From positions 2,023 through 66,022 of the forward strand of contig JAMPCO010000002.1 of assembly GCA_023666145.1 (NCBI GenBank): a DNA stretch of 64,000 bases, read 5' to 3'. Of the stretch, positions 17,002-27,300 are shown piece after piece. A program made the translations under genes and the position numbers. A model generated the notes under the pieces. That model did not search any database. It was not told the DNA's origin and worked only from the letters and a program-made list of their open reading frames with translations. Each line of letters starts with the position of its first letter. Position 1 is the first letter of the stretch. This stretch comes from Prevotella sp. GTDB lineage: Bacteria > Bacillota > Clostridia > Christensenellales > UBA1242.

Positions 17002-18002
17002 CGTTTTATCCCTCGCAAAAATTCTAAGTTACCTGAATTCAATAAACGGATATCGTTAATCGCGTATTGCATCATTGCCATACGCGTTAAACCGAACCCG
17101 AACGCAAAACCTTGGTATTGATTCGGGTCAACCCCCGCCATTTGCAAAACATTGGCATGAATCATGCCACAACCGCAAAATTCAATCCAACCCGAATGTT
17201 TGCAGACACTGCAACCTTTGCCACCACAAAACGGACAACTGGCATCCAATTCAAAACCTGGTTCCACGAACGGAAAATAGCCAGGGCGTAAGCGGACTTG
17301 AATTTCTTTCTCGTAAATTTCCGACAAAATAGTTTTCATAACGTAAATCAAATTCGCAATGGAGATATCTCTCCCAACCATGACGCCTTCACATTGGAAG
17401 AACGCAAATTCGTGGCTGGCATCCGTGGCTTCGTTACGGTAGCAACGTCCAGGAAAAATCGCCGAAACTACGGGTCCGTATTTTTTCAAAATTTCATGTT
17501 GCATGGCCGATGTTTGCGTTTTCAATAATTTACCGTTAGTTAACCAAAATGTGTCTTGCATATCCCGTGCTGGGTGATCGGACGGAATATTGACCGCGTC
17601 AAAATTCTCAAATTCGTTGACAACTTCGTTACCATCAACCACCAAGAACCCCATCGAGCGACAAATATCGGACACGCGCCGTGTAAGATAAGTAATCGGG
17701 TGCAAACTGCCCTGCGGCTGGTTTATGGCAGGGATCGTAATGTCAATCAGGGGGTCATGTTTTAATTTTTCGTTGACTGCTTTAGCACGTAAGGCGGCCT
17801 GTTTTTGAAAAAATTGCGTTTCAATCGCGCGTTTCAAAGCGTTTAAGCGTTTGCCCGCTTCGGCGCGTTGTTCCGCCAACAAATCTTTCAGCCCAGCCAA
17901 CATCTGGGTCAATTTACCTGTTTTTGAAAGATAATTTTTGTGGAACACCGCCAATTCGGCTTCGGTCTGGATTTGTTCCAACTCCTTTTCCATGTCGTCC
18001 AT
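16998..18002 (-). CDS. pheS: Phenylalanine--tRNA ligase alpha subunit
   Basis: 334 aa with class II motifs (HPARDMQDTFW, FPGRCYRNE, GFAFGFGLTRMAM). Confidence 0.95.
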   Translation of the reverse strand: MDDMEKELEQIQTEAELAVFHKNYLSKTGKLTQMLAGLKDLLAEQRAEAGKRLNALKRAIETQFFQKQAALRAKAVNEKLKHDPLIDITIPAINQPQGSLHPITYLTRRVSDICRSMGFLVVDGNEVVNEFENFDAVNIPSDHPARDMQDTFWLTNGKLLKTQTSAMQHEILKKYGPVVSAIFPGRCYRNEATDASHEFAFFQCEGVMVGRDISIANLIYVMKTILSEIYEKEIQVRLRPGYFPFVEPGFELDASCPFCGGKGCSVCKHSGWIEFCGCGMIHANVLQMAGVDPNQYQGFAFGFGLTRMAMMQYAINDIRLLNSGNLEFLRGIKR

Positions 18003-18009
18003 ACAGTTT

Positions 18010-20196
18010 TCAGTATGGCATATCTTTGAAATATTGTAAATATTTATTCAAGCACGAATTGCGTTTTTTGGTGTAGGTGTTGCTGACCATTTTTTGGATG
18101 TTTTCCTGTTTGCCAACCAACATGACCAGCCGTTTGGCGCGTGTCACCGCGGTATACAACAAATTGCGCGTCATAATCATGTACGCGCCCGAGACGACCG
18201 GAATCACTACCGCGTCAAATTCGCAACCCTGACTCTTATGCACGGTAATCGCATACGACAAAGTCAATGCCGCCAGTTCGGAACGCGGATAAACCGTCAC
18301 GCGCCCGTCTTCAAGTTCAACCGTGATTTCGCCGCTAAATTTGTTGATTGCGACGATTTTACCGATGTCGCCGTTGAAAATACCTTTTCCCTCTTCGCGA
18401 TTTTTAACCCACGCCTGTTTGTAATTGTTAACCGTATGCATCACGCGGTCACCTTCACGAAAAATGGTTTCCCCGTACAATAATTCGGCCTTGTCGGGCG
18501 CGGGCGGATTAATGATCGCTTGCAAGCATTGATTCAAATTGATTACCCCCGCCGCGCCCAATTTCATCGGTGCCAAAACTTGCACTTTACTGGTATCCAC
18601 CCCAAGATATTGTGGTAATCGTGATGAACATAACCCCAATATCTCGTTTTTCATCATTTCAGGGGTTTCCGCACTGCTGTAAAAGAAATCCGAACTTTGG
18701 TTATCCAAGATTGGCATTTCGCCGTTGTTAATGCGGTGCGCGTTAATCGCAATCGTCGCATTGGCGCCCGTGCGGTAAATTTGGGTCAAGCGGATGGTCG
18801 GCACAACCCCCGAGGCAATAATGTCTGCCAAAACATTGCCCGCCCCCACCGACGGCAATTGGTCGCTGTCGCCGATGAAGACTACCTTGGTGCCCGCCAA
18901 AATTTTGCGTAATAACGCCGCTGTCAGCAAACAATCGCACATCGAAACTTCGTCCACAATCACCATGTCTTGCGTGATGAAACTGTGTTGCGAGTCGTGC
19001 GAAAATTTTTCCAAACAACGGTGAATCGTCATCGCCGACTGCCCCGTCGTCTCTTCAATCCGTTTGGCGGCGCGCCCCGTCGGTGCCAACATTTGGGTGC
19101 TGAGTTCGTTGGCGCGGTTCAAGTACAAAATGGCTTTGATGATGGTGGTCTTGCCCGTGCCAGGCCCGCCCGTGATCACGGTCACACCGCCCGTCACCGC
19201 TTGCTTGATGGCCAATTTTTGGGTCGCGTGGAAAGTTATCCCCTGTAAACTTTCGTAATGGGCAATCAAAGCGTCGACGTTATCGGGCGCTTTGGGCTCC
19301 TGCATCAATAACAACAATTTTTGCGCAATCGCTTTTTCGGCGTTGAAGAAACGGATTAACTGTAAACCCTGCACCCCGTCAACATCGACCGCGACCACAA
19401 TGCGGTCAAGGCATAATTCGTTGATAATCGTGTTGAACGTCGGGGTCAATTCTTCCATTTTGATGCGCAATAAATGGCAAACTTTGCCGATTAAATCGGG
19501 CAAAGTCACATACGTGTGGCCGTCGGTTTCCGCACTGATTTTCAAAATGTGCACCACGCCCGCGCGGACACGGAACGTGCCGTTGTAACTGACGCCCAGT
19601 TTTTTGGCCATGCTGTCGGCGGTCGTGAACCCCACCCCGTCAATGGTTTCGATTAAAGCGTACGGGTTTTTGGCAACGGTGGCGATCGTGTCTTTGCCGT
19701 ATTGCTGGTAAATTTTCAAAGATAAATTCAAACTGATTTCGAAACGGTACAGCCACATCATGACGGACTGCATTTCGCGCACCGCCAAGTAATTTTCCGC
19801 GATGCTTTGGGCTTTTTGCGGGGAAATGCCGCGAATTTGGGTTAAATCTTGGGGGCGGGTTTCGATAACGGCAATCGTTTCCATGCCGAATTTTTTGACG
19901 ATTTTGCGTGCGGTGGCGGGCCCCACACCTTTCAATAAACCACCACCAAGGAACGCCAAAATTTTGTCTTCACTGTCGGGGGGTTGCAAAGTTAATTCCG
20001 TGAATTCAAATTGCTTGCCGTGTTTGGCGTTGTTGACGAACGTGCCGACAAATTTGTATTCCGCGCCGACCGCCACCATGGGCGCCACCCCCACCGCCAT
20101 CAGGTGGTTATCCAACCGTAAAACGCGGTACCCCGTTGCTTCATTGGCGAAAACAATTGCCGACACAGTGCCTTGTATGACCATTTTTTCAATCAA
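18010..20196 (-). CDS. recD2: RecD2-type SF1 ATP-dependent DNA helicase
   Basis: 728 aa. Walker A is GGPGTGKTT, followed by DEVSM, a C-terminal SH3-like region and AITVHKSQGCEF. The ATG at 20184 (MVIQG...) is more likely the start than the TTG at 20196, which overlaps the predicted -10. Confidence 0.9.
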   Translation of the reverse strand: MIEKMVIQGTVSAIVFANEATGYRVLRLDNHLMAVGVAPMVAVGAEYKFVGTFVNNAKHGKQFEFTELTLQPPDSEDKILAFLGGGLLKGVGPATARKIVKKFGMETIAVIETRPQDLTQIRGISPQKAQSIAENYLAVREMQSVMMWLYRFEISLNLSLKIYQQYGKDTIATVAKNPYALIETIDGVGFTTADSMAKKLGVSYNGTFRVRAGVVHILKISAETDGHTYVTLPDLIGKVCHLLRIKMEELTPTFNTIINELCLDRIVVAVDVDGVQGLQLIRFFNAEKAIAQKLLLLMQEPKAPDNVDALIAHYESLQGITFHATQKLAIKQAVTGGVTVITGGPGTGKTTIIKAILYLNRANELSTQMLAPTGRAAKRIEETTGQSAMTIHRCLEKFSHDSQHSFITQDMVIVDEVSMCDCLLTAALLRKILAGTKVVFIGDSDQLPSVGAGNVLADIIASGVVPTIRLTQIYRTGANATIAINAHRINNGEMPILDNQSSDFFYSSAETPEMMKNEILGLCSSRLPQYLGVDTSKVQVLAPMKLGAAGVINLNQCLQAIINPPAPDKAELLYGETIFREGDRVMHTVNNYKQAWVKNREEGKGIFNGDIGKIVAINKFSGEITVELEDGRVTVYPRSELAALTLSYAITVHKSQGCEFDAVVIPVVSGAYMIMTRNLLYTAVTRAKRLVMLVGKQENIQKMVSNTYTKKRNSCLNKYLQYFKDMPY

Positions 20197-20224
20197 TTAT
20201 ATAATTCAATCTTGACATTGGCAA
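20196..20224 (-). promoter_or_regulatory. Promoter of the recD2-pheST operon
   Basis: Minus strand: TTGCCA (20219-20224), 17 nt, then TATAAT (20196-20201). The ATG at 20184 lies 11 nt past the -10 and no SD is present. Confidence 0.55.
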
Positions 20225-20240
20225 TGAAATGATTTATAAT
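20212..20240 (+). promoter_or_regulatory. Consensus promoter of the lipoprotein gene, abutting its ATG
   Basis: TTGACA (20212-20217), 17 nt, then TATAAT (20235-20240). The ATG at 20248 follows after 7 nt and no SD is present. Confidence 0.65.
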
Positions 20241-20247
20241 TGGTTTC

Positions 20248-21291
20248 ATGAATAAATTAAGTAAAATCAATCGGGAACAAATTAACCCCAGCAAAATTAA
20301 AGATATTTTCCAAAAAGGCGTCCAAATCGGCATGTTGGGCGCGGCGTTGGCCACGGGCGTCATGATGACGGGCTGCGCACAAGCGACCGACGGCAAAGAA
20401 TGGGTGGACGACAACGAACAAATCGATGATACCAAAAAAAGCCAACCGTACGATGTGGTGATTGGTAATGGCAATTATACGTTGCACAATTTCGGGGGGG
20501 AAGATACTTATTTTTTGGGTAGCGACGGTAAGGTGGGAACACCAACCGTTGTCGGTAATGTCAATTATTATTTAGATAAAGCCGAAACCTATATCAAAGG
20601 TTTGGTGGATCGTTTGGAAAAATCCTTGGAAGGTCGCCCCGCGGCAAAAAGTTATTTTGACGAAATTATCACCACCTTAAAAGCCAACAATTATTACAAT
20701 ATTTGGGAGGTCGACCCTGGGGGGCTGCGATTTGACAATGCTCTTGACGTAAATTACCTCTCATTAAATAAAGTTTTTACCGATATTATTAAAAATCTTG
20801 ATACCCCCGATGAACGTGGTGCTTTTTATTTATCCTATCGAGTTTTAGCCGGTGAATCTTATAAAGAAGGTTTAGGTAATCGACGCAATTACAACAGCGA
20901 ACAAATGCGCGATTACAATGCCCAAAAAGAAGCAATCACCACAATGTGGTACCAAAACAGCCTTTGTTCCAATACAAATTTGGATAAGATTTACAAACAA
21001 AATGACTTTACCATAATTACAAACAATCTTGACGGTTATTTGAATCAAGCCGTGACCAACATGAACCAAAAACAAAATCTGGGGTTACAAGCCAGCGATT
21101 TACGCCAATGCCTGAACATCGCGTTAACCTGTAACTCACTTGGTGCACTGCATGACTACACAAAAACCATTTTAACCCATACGGGTTGCTTATCCAGTAA
21201 TAATCTTAACTTTTTTGTTCAAACCATGCAAACCGCCGCTGAAGAAGCCTACCAAGCCGACCAACAAGCGCAAACTTCCTTGTCCCGTTAA
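20248..21291 (+). CDS. Putative lipoprotein, unknown function
   Basis: 347 aa with the lipobox-like sequence LATGVMMTGC after a basic N-region. The remainder is N/Y/L-rich and probably helical. There is a G7 tract at 20494-20500. Confidence 0.65.
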   Translation: MNKLSKINREQINPSKIKDIFQKGVQIGMLGAALATGVMMTGCAQATDGKEWVDDNEQIDDTKKSQPYDVVIGNGNYTLHNFGGEDTYFLGSDGKVGTPTVVGNVNYYLDKAETYIKGLVDRLEKSLEGRPAAKSYFDEIITTLKANNYYNIWEVDPGGLRFDNALDVNYLSLNKVFTDIIKNLDTPDERGAFYLSYRVLAGESYKEGLGNRRNYNSEQMRDYNAQKEAITTMWYQNSLCSNTNLDKIYKQNDFTIITNNLDGYLNQAVTNMNQKQNLGLQASDLRQCLNIALTCNSLGALHDYTKTILTHTGCLSSNNLNFFVQTMQTAAEEAYQADQQAQTSLSR

Positions 21292-21311
21292 CCCACCACC
21301 CCACACACAAC

Positions 21312-21341
21312 AAAAAAAAGACGGTCACCACCGCCTTTTTT
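21312..21341. terminator. Bidirectional terminator between convergent genes
   Basis: A8-GACGGT-CACC-ACCGCC-T6. On the minus strand it reads GGCGGU-GGUG-ACCGUC followed by U8, which is the better hairpin in that orientation. Confidence 0.55.
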
Positions 21342-21351
21342 CATGCTATTT

Positions 21352-24300
21352 TTAGAAACCGTTGGCTTTTTGACCCAAATTCTTGCCATCGATGGGTGAC
21401 TTTGTACCGTCGTAACTGTTCCAGAAATTGGTCACCAGGTAGGTTTTTTGCACCAACGTTTGGTACTCTGCATCAATACCGCTGGAATGTTCGCTGGTGT
21501 TGCAAATCCAATCGGGGCTGCCGTTTCTTGCCCAATATTTCATGTAATTGGTATAACCCGCGTAATTATTGGATTTGGAGTACACCGATTTTATCATTTT
21601 ACACGCTTTTTCAAAATAATCGTACGGGATGTACAGTTGGACGTATTCCCCATAATGCGGATAATGGTTATGATGGTCGATTTCTTTATGATCTTGGAAA
21701 TTGGATTCGTCCAAGCGTAAAATAACTTGTCCTTTGATAATGTCATGTTCATCACCTTTTTCACAAATGTACCAACCATAACGACCCAACCATTGGCGCA
21801 CTTGGTAGGCGGCGTGGGTGGTATCCTTGCATTCATAGACATTATTTTTGCCACCACACCATTCATCACAGGTTTTGGCAAATTTGGCATCATTGATGTA
21901 ACGTGTCGGATTAGCAAGAATTTTTTGCTGATCAATATATGTGCTCGACTCGTTAAATTCATCTTTACCAATTTTGCCGTCGTCACGGTATTTTTTCACA
22001 TCCAAACCACGGTCGATGGTCCAAATGGTGTAACGCTCGTTGTATTCGTAACGGTCTTTGACATCACGTTTGTGGTCGTCGTCCATGGGAGAATCTTTAT
22101 AATTTTCATAATAATCGGCACCTTTCCAACCATAACCGTCATCAAGTTCACCATAATCCTTAACCTTTCCCCAATGGTAATATTCAACCGGGAACAAATC
22201 GCCCGCATAAACCATTTGCGGCAAAACGTATTTGTTGTCGGTGACCATTCCCGTGGTTTCGTCCACGGTTTGTTCACCACTGCTGTAAATTTTGGGGAAG
22301 ACCGTGGTGCTGATTTGCCGTTTGTAAATCGGGGCGGTAATCGGGTCTTGCCCCGCGGTTTTACCCAATTTTGCCAAATATTCGACGTTGTTTTCGTATT
22401 TTTCCATGCGTTTCCACACGGCGAACGACTCCAAAGTCAACCAACCATTGGAAGAATTTTCTTCTTCGACGGTGGTGCCGTCCACTTCGGTTTCCATTGC
22501 GAAATCACCACGGGCGGCACGGTATTGTTCGTCGTACGCATAGACGTTAATCCATTCGCAATAATCGCGGTAGGTGATGAAGGGTTTACCATCGTTAATG
22601 TCGTGGTCATCATTATACCATTCGCGGCGGTACGCGACCAAATCCGTGGTACGGGATTCTTGCGTGACGGTTTCATAAAAGATGTCGGCACGAATGGTTT
22701 GATCCAATACCCAACGGTAATCCAGCGCCGTGAAATCGTCATCAATGGTCAAATCCTTTTTGACCAAATAAATGTAATGGTTCAGGCGGAAATATTTGAT
22801 GGTTCTTGTGTCACCTGAGCCAGGTGTATAATAATGGTTCTCTGCTTGTGCCCAATCAATGTAATTTGCGGCGGTATGTTTGGTGCGTAACAAATCCAAA
22901 TACGCCATACGGTCGGAGGAGAATTCAAGCGCATCCGCCAATTCGTTTTCGTCCGCAACATTACTCATAAAGGTACTTGCACTGTCAACACCCAAAACAT
23001 TGTTAAACGGATAATAATACGGCGTACCCGACGGCACACAACCTTTAATGTCGCTTTCGTTAACGGATTCCGCGTGCAATAATTTTTTGAACAACGCATA
23101 ATCGAAGTAGGTACTGTTCCATGTGCCGTCTTTGTATTGGGCGCCCAAAACAATTTCCACGTATTCGGCGGTGGTAAAGCCTTCGCTGACGAAACCCGAA
23201 AAACCGTACGACCAATCGTCCGCCAGGGTGTAACCCGCACTGCGGACGGTATATTGATTGTTGTTTTTCACGACGGCGTCCGTCGGCACAGATTGGGTCA
23301 TGGCGTGGGCTTTGATTTGGTCGAATTCCGCGGCGGTGAAACCTTGGGCGCGCCACCACAGAGCCTCTTCCAAGTAATCGGAGCGGTTGCCCGAACCTTC
23401 GTTATCGGCATTCGTGACGGTACGGTCGTTCGGCAAGATTTGGCGGACAATTTTGTAATAATGCCAACTAGAGTTATTGTCGTCGTCGGTGACAAGGCGG
23501 TAGAAATCGGCAACGTTTGCGGCGCATTCCGAAAGGAGTAAGATGTCACTGTCCGCCTTGCGCACGGCGGACTCCGCACCGCTGCTGCTGTGGGTGGCGG
23601 TACCGAACAATTTATTGCCGTCGACGTCCAAATACATGGCGGCGCCCAAGCCGTTTTGCGCGCTTAAATCAATACGATGATTCGACATAAAATTGTATTC
23701 GATGTCATCGCCATTTTTGAAAATGGAATCCTCGCCTAACGCTTGCAGGTACCACACGCCAACGGGCTCACCCGAGGTATACACATCGCCACTGGAATCC
23801 GTGTCGTTCCACCATTCGCCGCCAGAACTTACTTCTTGGGCGCTGTTTTGATAAACCGCGCGGACGTTGCCATTGGCGGTGGTATCAAGCACGACACCGT
23901 CGGTGGTCGCCGCCAAAGCGTATTGCAGATCGTACGTGTTGCCGTTAGCGTAATATTGGCGGATAAATTCGATTTGGGCGGTTGTCCAACCGTATTGTTC
24001 ACATTTCAACGCGAAAAGGTATTTATCCGTCGCGTACTTGTCATCGGCGTAATTTTGCAACAAGTCGTACAAGGTACCACCCATGCCAATCATTTCGCGG
24101 TATTTGGTGATGGTTAAGCCCAAGGTCGATTTTGCGGTCATATAGTTAGACAAGGCTTGCCATTGGGTTGTGTTGTTCGCAAGGGAAATTACGCCGTTTT
24201 CGGCTTGGACTTGGTCTTTTAGATATTTTGTCCAATCCGAGCCATTGCTTGCCCAGCCCAATTTGATGGCGCCGATGTCGCTGATTCGTGCACCGCCGTC

Positions 24301-27300
24301 GGACGCCAGGTGACCCGTTTTGACCCACGCGGTTTCATTTTCCATGATAATTTCTTGTTCGCGTTTCATCATGTCAATGAATTCGGGCACCGTCAACATT
24401 TGACCCGACGAACTTTCCAATTGTGAGTTCAGGTACAGGTAGGTAATGTAGCCTTCGTTGCCCGTGGCGGCGAAATCGGCAGGGACTTTGTAGGTCGTTT
24501 TTTCATAAGTTTGGTCGGTGCCGTAAATGTGCGCCATGTAATAGTAATATTGCGCCAAAGACATCGTCCACGCGTTATTGATTTGGAATTCGTTTGTGTC
24601 GTTATTGATGTCGGTTGCGACCACGTAGTTAATGTAAATTTGCAGTGGGTCTTGGTTGGTGAAGCGTTTGGTTTCCGTGAAGTTTTTTGACAGGTTGACA
24701 AAATCTTCGTGGCTGTAAATGTAGCCGTTTTGCTTGTCTTTGTATTCCGCAATCAAGCCGTACGGATAAACCAGATCCGCCAATTTTTCGCCGTACAGGT
24801 TTTTGAAGGCACGATAAGCGTTCGTGTATTCGGTGGTGGTCATTTTTTCGGCGGTCGCATTGGCTTGCAGCAGCAAGTAATCTTCGTATTGGCGCCAAGT
24901 GAAGTCCGCATTTTGGGCGCCCGCGATGGTGTTATTGCTGGTCGAGACTTGGTATTGGTAAGTAAATAATTCGCGTGCCATATTGTAACGATTGTTGCGG
25001 TAGGTAGCAATATTTTTCACAAATTCGTTTTCACTTTCGGTGTTGGACGGTTTCGTGCTGACCGCGCTGTATTCCAAGTAACTGATATAATTATCAATGA
25101 CATTATTTTTCAAGGCTGTACGGTCGTAAGTCCATTTTTCAAAAATTTCGTTCTTCGTCAGCCAGGCCAGCAATTCGTTTTTCGCGCTGGCGGTGAATTT
25201 TTCCACGCGCACCGTTTGGCCGTTCAAGATCGTTGTACTCAAAGTCGTGGGCAAACTGCGTAACCATGGTTCCAACATTTCAACCCGACTGACCAAATCT
25301 AAATTGTTAATCGCGGACGCCAAATAACTGCGGTATTCGTCCAAGGTCATGGTTTGCTTTTTGTAGGTTGTGTTACCAACAACGCCGAACGCGTTTTCGA
25401 TGCCTTCGTATACATAATTTGTCGTCGCGAAGTCGGTCGTCGAAACGTAACTTTGGCTACCAAAATACGGGAAATCCAATTGCAAAGTGTTCATCTTGGT
25501 GGTGCTGCTACCCGAGAAGGAACTGGTAGTGAGGCTGCTGCGACCGATAATGCGCCCGAAATAGAAGCCGATGTTTGAGGCTTGCGTTGAAGTGACTTGA
25601 ATCTGGCGATTAAAGTTACTGTGCGTATTAAGTGCGTTAGTCACAGTGCCGTAATTACCGTTGACGCCAACAACCCCGCCGATAACATACTGTAGTTTAC
25701 TGCTGCTAGGCGACAAAACGTTGACACTGACGTTCAGATTTTCGATGACACCACTGTTCAAGTTACCATTGAAACCGTCGTTATACCCTGCCACGGCACC
25801 AACCGTCATGCCCCAGAAACGATTTGCGGTATCAGTTGTTTGGGCGTCACGGAACACATACGAAGAACCAGCCGAACTTAAAACTGTCCATTGTGCTAAA
25901 TTCATAGTGGTATACGTACTGGTGGTACCGTCGACATTCTTGGTAATTCCACCAGAAATTTTTCCCAAATTGATACCGACAAGACCACCCAAATAATATT
26001 TCCCCGTCAGACTGCTTAAACTGGTCAAAGCGGGTTGACTTAATTCAATCGTTTCGTCCATGATTCCGATTAAACCACCCGCAACATTTGCGGAAACGTC
26101 TTTCGTCGCGCCCGAAACATTACGGAGTATGATTTGGTTCGTGTAATATAAGCCTTTACCGTTGGTGACACGGTCATCAATCACATTGCCCGCTTTATCT
26201 TTTAAGAACCAACTCGCTTCCGAGTTTTGGCTGGAACGTGCGGCTTGTTGCACAATGGTTCCAGCAGCGTTTTTGATGATAATTTCTTTGTTAAATTGGC
26301 GACGATAAATCGTAGCGTTACCCTTATCATCCACCACACGGTAGTTATTGGGGTTCGAGGTAATGAAACCGAACACACCACCCGCAGTACCAAAACCTTG
26401 TTCGTAATCGGCATTAAAGGCTTCGACACGGGAGTAAAGAGTCTGTTGAGTGTATTCAGTTCCCGAACTGAAAGGTTCGGCACCGATATCACTTTGTCCA
26501 TTGTGGAAGTTCGCCGTTACCGATACCGAACTGTGCAAGTTATAATTTTCCACTTTAGAATCGGTAATCACGTTCAAACCGACGAAACCACCGACAATGT
26601 TACTACCCTTAATGACTTGGCTGCTGGTAACGTTGACATCGACAAAACTGGTGTTGATGGCGATACCGGCAAGGCCACCGACGTAACGTGCGGTCGAGTT
26701 AATGTTGCCGATTTCAAAATTGGCGTTACGGATGGTTGCATATTCCATCTTACCGAACAAGCCCATAGTGGCCAAATCGTTCGTGACGGTATTCAAACTG
26801 ATGCCGCTCATCGTTAAGCCGTTACCTTCAAACGTACCTGTGTAAATGATTTTGTAGGTGTCTTGAATACCTTCCAAAGCAACGTTGTCGACCAAACGGA
26901 TGTGGTTATTTTGACGGCTGGTTTCAATGTCGGTTAAAGATGATTCAGTGTTTTTGTCGGCTTCCGTGGCTTGTGCCGTTGCCGCGTAAACATAATCGTT
27001 GAATTGATCTTTGTCCCAAACCAGGTACGGATTTTTGGCGGTACCTGGGTTATATAGATACGGTGATGAGTTCCATGAATATTTACGGAAACTGACGGCG
27101 ATATCATTAGCAGCACGCAGCATGGGTCCGACTGCGGTCATCATCCAAATCGTGTTATCGGCTGCGATACCCCAGGCACCATCGTCATCCAGAGTCTGAC
27201 CGATGGAGAAACCACTGTAATTATTGATGTCAGAATATTTAGCACTGGAATTATCACTCAAACGTTTTAACGTATCGCCCCAGTCATCGCTGATACTAAT

